From: a virus
Lineage: Duplodnaviria; Caudoviricetes
Reading direction: 5' to 3' (one strand)
IMG/VR virus record: IMGVR_UViG_3300048576_000054
Coordinates: 1-30,743 of that record
DNA length: 30,743 nucleotides
Shown: positions 14,747-24,164 of the stretch, piece by piece
Layout of the letters: every line of letters begins with the position of its first letter
Position numbering within the stretch: position 1 is the first letter of the stretch
The notes under the pieces: model-generated
Database searches by the model: none
What the model was told of the DNA's origin: nothing
What the model saw: only the letters and a program-made list of their open reading frames with translations
Program-made: the position numbers and the translations under genes

Positions 14747-16270
14747 ATGGGCAGCAATACGACCGAAGAAACCCTTGCACTGCTTAAGGCCGCGCAAGCC
14801 AACCCGGACGACCTCATCAAGTCCTTCGTCCAGCCGTCCAACGCAACGACCGGGCTGCAGGCCTACAACCTCGAAGCGCCATCGAAGAAGCTCTTCCCGG
14901 TCCTGACCCCGCTGCGCAACAGCATCGCGCGCATCGGTGGCGGCTACGCGACCCAGGCGAACTGGAAAGCGATCACCAACATCAACGTTGGCAACCAGCG
15001 CGCCGGCATCGCTGAAGGCAAGCGCGGCGGCGTGATCACCCATGCGCAGAGCGAATACTTCGCGGCGTTCCGCGGCTTCGGCCTGGAAAACAGCGTCACC
15101 TTCGAGGCTGGCTATGCGTCGAAGAACTACGAGGACGTGAAGGCGCTCGCCGTCGAATCGACGCTGCAAGCGACGATGATCCAGGAAGAGCGCCTCATCC
15201 TGGGCGGCAACACTTCGGTTTCGCTGGGTACGACCCCGACCCCGACGCTCGCGACGGCTGCGACGGGCGGCACGCTGGCGGCTGCGACCTGGTCCGTGAT
15301 CTGCGTGGCGCTGAGCCTGCAGGCCTACCTCGACGTCGTAGGCTCCAACAACGGCGCGATCGGCCAGTATTTCGACCCGACGACCGCTGTCGTTCCCGGC
15401 CAGATCACGCGCACGAACGCGGACGGCTCGACCGACACCTTCGGCGGCGGCTCGGCACAGAAGTCGGCGAGCGCGACCATCGCGACGACCGGCTCGACCT
15501 CGACCGTCTCGGCGTCCGTCACTGCGGTCAATGGTGCGGTCGGTTACGCCTGGTTTGTCGGCGCGGCCGGCTCCGAGCGGCTCTACGGCGTCACGTCGAT
15601 CAACTCGATCGTGATCACCGCTGCCGCCAACGGCGCCGCGCAGCTTGCCTCGACGCTCACTGCGGCGGACAGTTCGACCAGCGCGCTCGACTTCGACGGC
15701 CTGCTGACCCAGGCGTTCAAGCCCGGGTCGAACGCGTACATCGCCGTCCAGCCGACCGGCACGGCAGGCACCGGTACGCCGCTGACCAGTGACGGCGCGG
15801 GCGGCATCGTCGAGTTCGAGCAGGCCTTCGTCCAGTTCTACAACCGCTTCCGCCTGTCGCCGACGAAGATCTACGTCAGCACGCAGGAACTGATCAACGT
15901 CACGAAGAAGATCATCGGCAACGGTGGCGCCCCGCTGCTCAAGCTCAACGCGAACATCAACTCGCAGACCAACGCGATCGCGGCGGGTGTGGTCGTCGGC
16001 AGCTACTGGAACAAGGTCACCGGCCAGGAAGTGCCGCTGGTCGTGCACCCCAACATGCCGGCCGGCACGATCTTCTTCTTCACCGAGCGCCTGCCGTACC
16101 CGGTCAGCAACGTCGGCAACGTCGTGCAGATGCTGATGCGCCAGGACTACTACCAGCTGGAGTGGCCGCTGCGTACCCGCAAGTACGAGTACGGCGTCTA
16201 TGCGGACGGTGTGCTGCAGCACTACGCACCGTTCTCGATGGGCGTTCTGACAAATATCGCGAACGGTTGA
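14747..16270 (+). CDS. Major capsid protein with a central insertion
   Basis: Follows the protease/scaffold; GGAG RBS; strongly biased codons; HK97-fold-like N- and C-terminal parts (TPLRNSIAR, VHPNMPAGT, GVLTNI). Confidence 0.85.
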   Translation: MGSNTTEETLALLKAAQANPDDLIKSFVQPSNATTGLQAYNLEAPSKKLFPVLTPLRNSIARIGGGYATQANWKAITNINVGNQRAGIAEGKRGGVITHAQSEYFAAFRGFGLENSVTFEAGYASKNYEDVKALAVESTLQATMIQEERLILGGNTSVSLGTTPTPTLATAATGGTLAAATWSVICVALSLQAYLDVVGSNNGAIGQYFDPTTAVVPGQITRTNADGSTDTFGGGSAQKSASATIATTGSTSTVSASVTAVNGAVGYAWFVGAAGSERLYGVTSINSIVITAAANGAAQLASTLTAADSSTSALDFDGLLTQAFKPGSNAYIAVQPTGTAGTGTPLTSDGAGGIVEFEQAFVQFYNRFRLSPTKIYVSTQELINVTKKIIGNGGAPLLKLNANINSQTNAIAAGVVVGSYWNKVTGQEVPLVVHPNMPAGTIFFFTERLPYPVSNVGNVVQMLMRQDYYQLEWPLRTRKYEYGVYADGVLQHYAPFSMGVLTNIANG

Positions 16271-16286
16271 TTCCTCACCGCGAAGT

Positions 16287-16314
16287 GGCCCCGGCTTCGG
16301 CCGGGGCTTTCTTT
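16287..16314 (+). terminator. Rho-independent terminator after the capsid gene
   Basis: GCCCCGGC-TTCG-GCCGGGGC followed by TTTCTTT. Confidence 0.85.
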
Positions 16315-16331
16315 CCTCGAAAGGGACACAG

Positions 16332-16556
16332 ATGAAATTCCAAGGCCCGAAAGGCACGACCGGCGCGAGCGTCGGCGGCCAGTTCTTCCCGGCGAACAAG
16401 CGCGGCGTGATCGAGACGCCGGATGATGGCGAGTACGCCTGGGCGCTCGCGCCGCACGGCTTCACACCGATCGCGGACAAGGTCGCGCAGGAGGACGAAG
16501 AAGCGGCCGAGGTCGCGGACGCCGCTGCTGAAACGCAAGAGCAGCCGGCCGCCTGA
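16332..16556 (+). CDS. Small head-associated hypothetical protein
   Basis: AAGGGA RBS; lies between the capsid and connector genes. Confidence 0.7.
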   Translation: MKFQGPKGTTGASVGGQFFPANKRGVIETPDDGEYAWALAPHGFTPIADKVAQEDEEAAEVADAAAETQEQPAA

Positions 16557-16558
16557 TC

Positions 16559-17107
16559 ATGTCCGACTTGACGACGCTCGCCGCGGTCAAGCTGTGGCTC
16601 GGGCTCAAGAACGACACCGATGACGCGCTGCTCACAAGCATGATCACCGAGTACTCGGGCTATGTGCAGGCGTGGCTCAATCGCCAGATCCTGACGCAGA
16701 GCTACACCGAGCGGCGCAGCGGCCAGGGCTATTTCGGCTGCATGGTCGGTGCCTACCCGATCAAGGCGGTGTCGTCGGTCACGATCAATGGTCAGGCCAT
16801 CCCGCCGTCTCTGGACGGCATCCAGCCCGGCTTCTACTTCGACGACACGACCGTATGGCTGTCCGGTTACCGATTCGAGCGTGGCCGTGCGAACGTGCAG
16901 CTTAGCTATACAGCTGGCTTCGACGCCGTTCCGCCCGAGCTTGAGCGCGCCGTGATTGAGCTGATCGCTCTTCGCTTCAAGGAGCGCGACCGGATCGGGC
17001 ATCAGAGCAAGTCGCTCGCGGGTGAGACGGTGACATTCATCGTCAAGGACTTTCCGCCGAGCGTGCAGACGATCCTCAACAATTACCGCAAGGTCGTGCC
17101 GGCATGA
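16559..17107 (+). CDS. Head-tail connector (gp6/gp15-like)
   Basis: LTTLAAVKLWL...DDALL...YTAGFDAVPPEL...LNNYR pattern. Confidence 0.85.
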   Translation: MSDLTTLAAVKLWLGLKNDTDDALLTSMITEYSGYVQAWLNRQILTQSYTERRSGQGYFGCMVGAYPIKAVSSVTINGQAIPPSLDGIQPGFYFDDTTVWLSGYRFERGRANVQLSYTAGFDAVPPELERAVIELIALRFKERDRIGHQSKSLAGETVTFIVKDFPPSVQTILNNYRKVVPA

Positions 17108-17583
17108 GTGTCGAGGCTGTAGGCGTCAAAGAGGTCACGGAGCGATTCCAGAACCTCCCGGAACGCGCCCGGACGTCGCTGCGCCAGTCGATCGGCGTGC
17201 TCGCGCTCAAGCTGCAAGCGCGCGTGATGCGTCAGAAGTTATCCGGGCAGGTCTTGAACGTCAAAACGGGCCGGTTGCGCAGATCGATCGATCAAGTTGT
17301 CCGCGACAACGGCGACGACATCGCGGGCGTGGTCTCCTCAAACGTCGAGTACGCGCGGGCTCACGAGTATGGGTTCAGCGGGCAAGAGTCCGTCAAGGCG
17401 CACCTGCGCACGATCAAACAGGCTTTCGGCAAGCCGCTCAAAGCCCCGGTGACGTTTCAGGTCAAGGCGCACGCCAGAAAGGCGAACGTTCCTGAGAAAT
17501 CCTTCCTGCGCTCGGCGCTGACCGACATGAAACCCGAGATCCAGGCCGAAATGCGCAAGGCAGTCGGGAGGGCGCTGCAATGA
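17104..17583 (+). CDS. HK97 gp10-like tail completion/neck protein
   Basis: VKTGRLRRSI, NVEYARAHEYG, SFLRSAL motifs. Confidence 0.8.
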   Translation: MSVEAVGVKEVTERFQNLPERARTSLRQSIGVLALKLQARVMRQKLSGQVLNVKTGRLRRSIDQVVRDNGDDIAGVVSSNVEYARAHEYGFSGQESVKAHLRTIKQAFGKPLKAPVTFQVKAHARKANVPEKSFLRSALTDMKPEIQAEMRKAVGRALQ

Positions 17584-18008
17584 TCGAGCGCGAGCCGCTT
17601 TACGCGGCGCTGTTCGCGAAGCTCTCGGCGCTGCCCGGGTTCGTGACGACAAGCCGGACGCTCAAGCACTGGGCGGACGTGTCGGCGAGCGATCAGCCCG
17701 CGCTGTTCCAGGCGCAGAAGAACGAGACACCGGCTCAATCGACCGGCTCGCCGGCAGAGTGGAAGCTGCACCTCGATCTGTACCTCTACGCGCATTCGGG
17801 CGATACCGGTGCGCCGTCGCAAATCCTGAACCCGCTGCTCGATGCGGTCTGCAACCTGTTCGCGCCGGAGAACCCGACCACCAACCGCTGCACCCTGGGC
17901 GGACTCGTGCATTACGCACGGATCGCCGGGACGATCGAGACCGACGAGGGAACGCTCGGAGACCAAGCCGTAGCGATCATCCCGATCGAGATCTGCGTCA
18001 CCGACTGA
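17580..18008 (+). CDS. Tail terminator-like protein
   Basis: Position before the tail tube; typical size and TLGGLV motif. Confidence 0.7.
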   Translation: MIEREPLYAALFAKLSALPGFVTTSRTLKHWADVSASDQPALFQAQKNETPAQSTGSPAEWKLHLDLYLYAHSGDTGAPSQILNPLLDAVCNLFAPENPTTNRCTLGGLVHYARIAGTIETDEGTLGDQAVAIIPIEICVTD

Positions 18009-18029
18009 CTTACCACCAACCCATTTCCG

Positions 18030-18093
18030 AAGCCCGCCCTGAGCGGGCTTTTTAGTTTCTGACCGGCCCGCCATTGCGCGGGCTTTTGCTTTT
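18030..18093 (+). terminator. Second tandem pair of terminator-like hairpins
   Basis: GCCCGC-cctga-GCGGGC-T5 and GCCCGC-cattgc-GCGGGC-T4. Confidence 0.75.
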
Positions 18094-18107
18094 CTGGGAG
18101 AAGCTCC

Positions 18108-18872
18108 ATGCAATTCATCTTCGGCGCCGGCGACTTTTACGGCATCCCTCTTGCGGACGCGAGCGGGAACTCGATCAGCAACCCGACCCCCATCCACCTG
18201 GGCGTCATGCAGGAAATGTCGCTCGAGTTTTCCGGCGACGTGAAGGAGCTCTACGGCTCGCTGAAATTCGCGGTCGATGTCGCGGGCGGCAAGAACAAGG
18301 TGTCCGGCAAAGTCAAGGCTGCGCAGATCAACGGCCAGGCGCTGAACTCGCTCTACTTCGGCCAGGGCATGACGTCGGGAACGATGATGGCGGCCTACAG
18401 CGACACGACCGGCGCAGTGATCCCCTCCACTCCCTTCACGGTCACGCCGACTCCCCCGAGCTCCGGGACGTGGATCGAAGACCTGGGCGTGATCGACTCC
18501 AATGGCTTGCCTTTTACGTGCGTCGCCTCGGCGCCGACGACGGGTCAATACAGCGTCGCTGCTGGCGTCTATACCTTCGCGGCTGCCGACACGTCCAAAA
18601 CCGTGTTCATCAGCTACCGCTACTCGGCGACAGCCGCGAGCGCGAAGAAGATCAGCATCACGAACCAGCTGATGGGTGCGGCCCCGCTGGTCGGTGCCCG
18701 CCTGCAGACGACCTACCGCGGCAAAAAGGCGCTCGTGGTGCTCTACAGCGCGATTTTCACGAAGTTGTCGCTGCTCGGCACGAAGCTCGACGACTACTCC
18801 ATCCCCGAGTTCGACTTCTCCGCGTTCGCCAACGGCGCGAACCAGGTCGCCGACATCTACCTGTCGGAGTGA
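18108..18872 (+). CDS. Major tail tube protein
   Basis: GGGAG RBS; beta-rich 254-aa protein upstream of the chaperones and tape measure. Confidence 0.8.
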   Translation: MQFIFGAGDFYGIPLADASGNSISNPTPIHLGVMQEMSLEFSGDVKELYGSLKFAVDVAGGKNKVSGKVKAAQINGQALNSLYFGQGMTSGTMMAAYSDTTGAVIPSTPFTVTPTPPSSGTWIEDLGVIDSNGLPFTCVASAPTTGQYSVAAGVYTFAAADTSKTVFISYRYSATAASAKKISITNQLMGAAPLVGARLQTTYRGKKALVVLYSAIFTKLSLLGTKLDDYSIPEFDFSAFANGANQVADIYLSE

Positions 18873-18877
18873 TTGCC

Positions 18878-19213
18878 ATGGCTGAATTTTTCGAAGGCGT
18901 GAAGCTGCGAATCGGACGCCAGGACTACATCGTCCCGGCTCTGTCGATGCGACAGCTCAAGCAGTACGAGAAGACGATCGCTCAGACCCAGAAGTCTCTC
19001 GGGGCCGCCATGTCGTCCGCTGACATCGACAAATTCGTCGAGGTGATCCACGCGGCGGTTGCGCGCAATTACCCGGACGTCACGCTCGATCAGATGCTCG
19101 ATGCGATCGATCTGCGCAGCCTTCCGACCCTCTTCCCCGCCGTAATGGGGATCTCCGGGCTGGAGGCGAAAGCACAGGGGGAAGCTCAAGCGCAGGCCGA
19201 AGGGGCGGCCTGA
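18878..19213 (+). CDS. Tail assembly chaperone (G-like)
   Basis: Between tube and tape measure; GGAG RBS; GGGGGAA slippery site near the 3' end. Confidence 0.8.
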   Translation: MAEFFEGVKLRIGRQDYIVPALSMRQLKQYEKTIAQTQKSLGAAMSSADIDKFVEVIHAAVARNYPDVTLDQMLDAIDLRSLPTLFPAVMGISGLEAKAQGEAQAQAEGAA

Positions 19214-19497
19214 CGCTCGGCGAATCTCTGGACGAGCTCTGTGCTCATGTCGTCGCCTCGACCGGGTGGGAGCTCGACAAGGTCGAGTCGATGACGCTGC
19301 CCGAGCTCGCTCCGCTGATTCGCTACTGGAACGAAAACCCCCCACTGCACCTGCTCATCAAGGCCTTCATGGGCTTTGAGTCGAGAGCGAAGCAGCAAGA
19401 CGACGGCGACGACCCGGAAGCCGATCAGTACCTCAACCGCTGTTCGGTTGATGAGTTCAACGAAATTCTGAAAGCCAACGGCTTGCCGGTGGAGTGA
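19177..19497 (+). CDS. Tail assembly chaperone -1 frameshift extension (GT-like)
   Basis: The -1 frame is open from GGGGGAA (19177-19183) through LDELCAHVVASTGWELDKVESMTLPEL to TGA at 19497. Confidence 0.7.
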   Translation, partial: GGSSSAGRRGGLTLGESLDELCAHVVASTGWELDKVESMTLPELAPLIRYWNENPPLHLLIKAFMGFESRAKQQDDGDDPEADQYLNRCSVDEFNEILKANGLPVE

Positions 19498-19501
19498 CCT
19501 C

Positions 19502-22243
19502 ATGTCTGACGAAAGTAAAGTCGAAGTCCAGTTCGGCGCGAAGACGACCGAGCTGGAAGCTGGGACGAAGCGCGCAGAGTCGGACATGGCTGCCGTGGCT
19601 CAGGCCGTTCGGGATGCCGCAGCAGCTATCACCGCCTCGACCCAGAGCATCAACAAGGCCTGGGAAAACGTCGGCGAGAAGATGAAGCAATCGACGGCCC
19701 AGACTACGGCGGCGACGAAGCAGATGGCCGAGGAGAGCAAAGGGGCGTTTGCAAAGATCACGGAAGCCGCCCAAGCCATGCAGGGCGGCGTTTCCGGCGT
19801 CATGGGTGAGGTCGCCTCGGCGCTCGGAAAGTTCCAGGGGCTTTTCGCGGGCGCTGCCGCCGCCATGGGCGGTGGCGCTGCCTTCAAGGCAGGGGTCTCT
19901 GCCTACAAAGAGCAGGCCGCCGACGCAATTGCGCTGTCTCGCGCGCTAGGGCTTACCGCGGCAGAGGCGAACGTCCTGAATGCGCAACTCGAAGCCGCAA
20001 ACCTGACAAAAGACACGTACCTGGGCGGAACCAGGGCGATGACGCGAGCGCTCAATACAAACTCGGACGCGTTCAAGGAAATGGGGATCAAGACCAAGGA
20101 TTCTCAGGGCGATTTGTTGCCAATGCAGCAGCTAATAGAAAATACGGTCGCGTCGCTCAATCAGTACGCAGCCGGGTCCGACAGAAATGCGATGGCGCAA
20201 CAGCTTCTAGGTAGGTCTTACGACGACATACTTTCCTTGACTCGTCTCAATGCCGCGGCGAACGAAGAGGGCGCCGAGAAAATCAAGGCCTACCACGAAC
20301 AGCTAGACCCCGCTCAGGTTAAGGCCTATCGGGATGCGATGCGCCACCTGGGGGACGCTGGGGAGGGTGTTGGTCTGGCAATCGGGCGCGGAGCGATGCC
20401 GGCGATGACCGAGCTCGCCGAGTGGCTGAGCCAGGCGGGGCCAACAGCCACGGAAGTAATGATGATTTCCATGGATGCGCTGGGCGACGTTTTTGATTCT
20501 GTCAAAGATATCGTTTCGTCTATGTGGGAGACGATATCCGAAGCGATGTCACTGATTACCGGTGCCGTAAAAGGATCTTTTGAAGTCGAAATCCCAAGCT
20601 TTGGCGAGGTCGTTAAAAACGTATTCAGAATTGTGCGCGTTGCGATTATTTCTTTTTGCAGCGCAGTTCAACAAACGTTTGAAATCATCAGATCGACGCT
20701 TGAATGGGCTGGATCGTGGCTCATGCGCTTCAACAATGTCGCTGTCGCAGCGTTCAGACTCGACTGGAATGGCGTAAAGGCTGCATGGAGCGCAGGGACT
20801 CAGCAGGTCGAGAAGATCGTCGCAGAAAGTGCGGCGCGAATGGCAAAAATACAAAAAACAACATACGAAAAAATACAGGATGCGCTGACTGGTGATATAG
20901 GGACAAAGCAGGCAAAGTCAGCGACTGCCGTGCAAAACAACGGAACCAAGCACGCAACAACTCTTGGAGTAAAGCCGCCCAAGCAAAAGAACGAGAAAGA
21001 GAAAAAAGACCCGAGCAACATGAAGGAGTACGAGCTTGAGCTCGACGATATGAAGCTCGTCTTCGCGCAGAAGAATGAAGGCCGCGAGATGGACAAGGCG
21101 GCCGAGCTCGCATTTTGGGAGGCGAAGCTCGAGATCGTGAAGAAGGGCTCGGACGACGAGAAGACGATCGCCAGGAAGGTCGCGCAAGAAAAGATCGCGA
21201 TCCTTCGCGAGGGGCGCAAAAACAGCATCGCGGAAGAGAAAGAGGCCGCCGAGGAAACGGAGCGCCTCCGGCTCTCGCTGCTCGCGATCGACGAAGAGAA
21301 TGCGAACCAGCAGCTCGCTCTCGGCCAGATCACCAAGACCCAGCTTCTGCAGCAGCAGAAGGTTTTCGAGGATCAGCGCTACGAGATCCAGCGCGAAGCC
21401 CAGGCCCGGCGCATCGCCCTGATGCGCAAAGAGGACGACCCGGCCGCCTACATGGCTGCGAGCGCAAAGCTGCTCGAGCTCGACCGGGCACGCAACCTCA
21501 AGAAGCTCCAGATCGACCACCAGCTCCAGGCCCAGGAAAGCCCGATCTGGAAAGGAATCAGCACGTCCATGTCCTCACTGTGGGACAAAGGAATCAGCGC
21601 GATGATGAACGGGACGCTGCGCTGGAAGAACGCGCTGCGCGCGACCTGGACGGAAATGGCTGGCATGTTCGCGAACACGGTCATCAAGCCCATCGTCGCG
21701 AACTGGGCGAAGTCTCTGTCGACGATGATCGCGCAGAAGCTTGGATTTGCTGCGACGGAAAAGGCCATCGACACAACCAGCGCAGCCACATCGATGGCAA
21801 CAACCGGCGCGGCCGCGACGGTGAAAGTCGGCGCAAACGCGGCAAGCGCGGCGTCAGGCGCCGCATCAGCCATGGCGTCAATCCCTTACGTTGGCCCAAT
21901 CCTCGCGATCGCCGCAATGGGGGCGATGTTCGCCGCCGTCTCGGCGATGGGGTCCAACGTCAAATCCGCCTCGGGCGGCTACGACATCCCGAGCGGTCTG
22001 AACCCGGTCACGCAGTTGCACGAGGAGGAAATGGTGCTCCCGAAGGGTATCGCCAACCCGCTGCGCAAAATGCTGGGCGGAGGGGAACAGGGTACGCAAC
22101 AGGATCAAGGTCAATCGTCTCAGGGCGAGCAGCACCTTCACATCCACGCGACCGACAGCAAGAGCGTCGAGCGGCTGCTGTTCAAAAACCAGGACGCGCT
22201 TGCAAAAGTCATGCGCGAAATGTCAAAGAACGGGAGGATCTGA
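19502..22243 (+). CDS. Tape measure protein (913 aa)
   Basis: Long Ala-rich helical protein after the chaperones; C-terminal SASGGYDIP...LHEEEMVLP motif. Confidence 0.92.
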   Translation: MSDESKVEVQFGAKTTELEAGTKRAESDMAAVAQAVRDAAAAITASTQSINKAWENVGEKMKQSTAQTTAATKQMAEESKGAFAKITEAAQAMQGGVSGVMGEVASALGKFQGLFAGAAAAMGGGAAFKAGVSAYKEQAADAIALSRALGLTAAEANVLNAQLEAANLTKDTYLGGTRAMTRALNTNSDAFKEMGIKTKDSQGDLLPMQQLIENTVASLNQYAAGSDRNAMAQQLLGRSYDDILSLTRLNAAANEEGAEKIKAYHEQLDPAQVKAYRDAMRHLGDAGEGVGLAIGRGAMPAMTELAEWLSQAGPTATEVMMISMDALGDVFDSVKDIVSSMWETISEAMSLITGAVKGSFEVEIPSFGEVVKNVFRIVRVAIISFCSAVQQTFEIIRSTLEWAGSWLMRFNNVAVAAFRLDWNGVKAAWSAGTQQVEKIVAESAARMAKIQKTTYEKIQDALTGDIGTKQAKSATAVQNNGTKHATTLGVKPPKQKNEKEKKDPSNMKEYELELDDMKLVFAQKNEGREMDKAAELAFWEAKLEIVKKGSDDEKTIARKVAQEKIAILREGRKNSIAEEKEAAEETERLRLSLLAIDEENANQQLALGQITKTQLLQQQKVFEDQRYEIQREAQARRIALMRKEDDPAAYMAASAKLLELDRARNLKKLQIDHQLQAQESPIWKGISTSMSSLWDKGISAMMNGTLRWKNALRATWTEMAGMFANTVIKPIVANWAKSLSTMIAQKLGFAATEKAIDTTSAATSMATTGAAATVKVGANAASAASGAASAMASIPYVGPILAIAAMGAMFAAVSAMGSNVKSASGGYDIPSGLNPVTQLHEEEMVLPKGIANPLRKMLGGGEQGTQQDQGQSSQGEQHLHIHATDSKSVERLLFKNQDALAKVMREMSKNGRI

Positions 22244-23298
22244 TGGATTTGTTTCCAGACCTTCCTGGCTTCGACATTGAGAAGTCGCGTGACACAAAAT
22301 TTGCGACCGAGGTTCAAACGGCGGTGAGCGGTAAAGAGCTGCGCGCGACATTTCAAACCGGAACTCCGCGATTCGAATATTCGCTAAAGCTCAACTTCGC
22401 TAGGCGTGCTGGTTTTTCGGTGCTGACCCCGCAGGACGAGATCCTCGCGCTGCTCAAGTGCTACAACGCCGCGCGCGGCAAGCTCAACCCGCTGCTGCTC
22501 ATCGACCCGGTGAACGGGGAGGCGGAATCCGTTCAAATTGCAATTGGAGACGGGTCTACAAAAACGTTTCAGCTCATAGATGATGGGGGGTGGCCGGCAA
22601 TCAATATCCAGGGTGATGTCATTGTTGACATAATTGGTTTTGTCCCTGCCACATCATGCCCTTGGCTTTTTTCTGGGGGGATTAATGCTTCGTACCCGTA
22701 CAGTGCAAACGGTACGCCCCCTGTTTTATTTCCGGTGACACCAGGTGACAGCCTGTTCATTACCGCGAGTGGATCAATAAAGTACAACGAACACACAACC
22801 GCGGTAGGGCCAGACGGCGGCCATCGCGGTGCAGACGCCAGCGCGGGGAATAACGTCCCCTCTATGTATTGCGGTCATCCACTTCCGTCAGATGACTTCG
22901 TCGGTCTTGTCGGGGCCTTCGCCGACGCCTCGGGCAATGTGATCGAGCCCGTCTGGATCGGGGCAAGCGCGACTCTTTCTGTCCCGCCTGGCGCTGCGCA
23001 ACTACAACTTGGCATTAATGATTACAATTTTGCCGATAATCCGGGTGGTTTCTTCGTAAGAATAAACGGGGCACTTACAACGACGAGGCTTTATGAGTCA
23101 AGCGGCGATTTTTCTGTTGATAAGGGAACTGGCGTTATAGTGTTTTCGTCAGGCGCTACGCCGGCAATTGGGTCGCTAATTAGGTGGACTGGGGTGTGTG
23201 CGCGAAAAGTTCGCTTCTCGGACGACTCGCTCTCAATCAAGCAAATCGTCGAAAAGCTCTTTTCCGGCGACTCGATCAAGCTGGTATCGCTCAAATGA
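22243..23298 (+). CDS. DUF2460-like distal tail protein with an inserted lectin-like domain
   Basis: TGATG coupling and GGGAGG RBS; QTAVSGKELR, IGDGSTKTFQL, W.G...VRFSDD motifs interrupted by a ~140-aa insertion. Confidence 0.8.
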   Translation: MDLFPDLPGFDIEKSRDTKFATEVQTAVSGKELRATFQTGTPRFEYSLKLNFARRAGFSVLTPQDEILALLKCYNAARGKLNPLLLIDPVNGEAESVQIAIGDGSTKTFQLIDDGGWPAINIQGDVIVDIIGFVPATSCPWLFSGGINASYPYSANGTPPVLFPVTPGDSLFITASGSIKYNEHTTAVGPDGGHRGADASAGNNVPSMYCGHPLPSDDFVGLVGAFADASGNVIEPVWIGASATLSVPPGAAQLQLGINDYNFADNPGGFFVRINGALTTTRLYESSGDFSVDKGTGVIVFSSGATPAIGSLIRWTGVCARKVRFSDDSLSIKQIVEKLFSGDSIKLVSLK

Positions 23299-24164
23299 AA
23301 GAGGCTCCTGACGCTCTGCTCGCACTGCTGCAAAGCGGCGATCCGCTTTTTATGAGCGATCTATACACCATCACGCGGCAATCCGGATCCGCGCTGCGGT
23401 GGACCAATGCCGACATCGATCTGACTGTCAGCGGCAATCTCTTCGGCTCCGGCGACGACCAGGGTACGACGCCGCTTGTCTCGCGCGGCTCGATTCGCAA
23501 TGCGCGCGGCACCGAGGTTGCGACCTGCGATCTGACGCTCTACTGCGGGCAAACCGCGCAGCTGCTCGGCGTCCGCCTGCCTCTCGCCGCGCACAACGGC
23601 GCATTCGACGCCGCGCGCGTGCGCCTCGACCGCTACATCGCTCCAGCCGCTACTCCGCTCGCGGGTTGGCCTGTCGTGCTCTTCGAGGGCGCGGTCGCCA
23701 GCGTCGATCCGTCGGCGCTCGAAGTCGTGCTGCACCTAAAGTCTGACCTGGAATTGCTCAACCGGGTATTCCCGGTGCACACCTATCAGGAGCGCTGCAC
23801 CTATACCTTTGGCTGTCCGGGTTGCGGAAAGAGCCTCTCGGCTCTCACCGAGTCCGCCACGGCTGCGGCCGGCTCCGACCGGGGCCGCATCCTCACCTCG
23901 CTCGGCCACGCCGCGAATTACTTCGCAGGCGGCTACTGCATCGCAACCAGCGGCAACAACGCCGGCGCCCGCCGCTCGATCGCCGTGAGCACAGCGGCCG
24001 GCGCGATCACACTGGACGTGCCTTTCCCCGCCGAAGTGGCCACGGGCGATGGCTTTCAGGCCGTGCCTGGCTGTGCGCGCACGAAAGACGCCTGCAGCGC
24101 TTGGGGCAATCTGCCGCGCTTCCGCGGCTTCCCCTTCATCCCCGTCGCGGAGACCGCAAAATGA
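23295..24164 (+). CDS. DUF2163/BR0599-like tail hub protein
   Basis: DLYTITR..G..LRWT, GAFDAA, Cys cluster (C.Y.FG..GC; GCART...C...NL.RFRGFPFIP). Confidence 0.88.
   Translation: MKEAPDALLALLQSGDPLFMSDLYTITRQSGSALRWTNADIDLTVSGNLFGSGDDQGTTPLVSRGSIRNARGTEVATCDLTLYCGQTAQLLGVRLPLAAHNGAFDAARVRLDRYIAPAATPLAGWPVVLFEGAVASVDPSALEVVLHLKSDLELLNRVFPVHTYQERCTYTFGCPGCGKSLSALTESATAAAGSDRGRILTSLGHAANYFAGGYCIATSGNNAGARRSIAVSTAAGAITLDVPFPAEVATGDGFQAVPGCARTKDACSAWGNLPRFRGFPFIPVAETAK

Noticed and set aside
13035-17002. Long minus-strand ORFs (529 aa, 912 aa) and similar antisense ORFs elsewhere
   Set aside because: Shadow frames of GC3-biased structural genes; no recognisable motifs or RBS.
21115-22242. 727-aa ORF overlapping the tape measure gene
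   Set aside because: The upstream part is Arg-rich off-frame sequence; the credible start is the coupled ATG at 22243 with a GGGAGG RBS.
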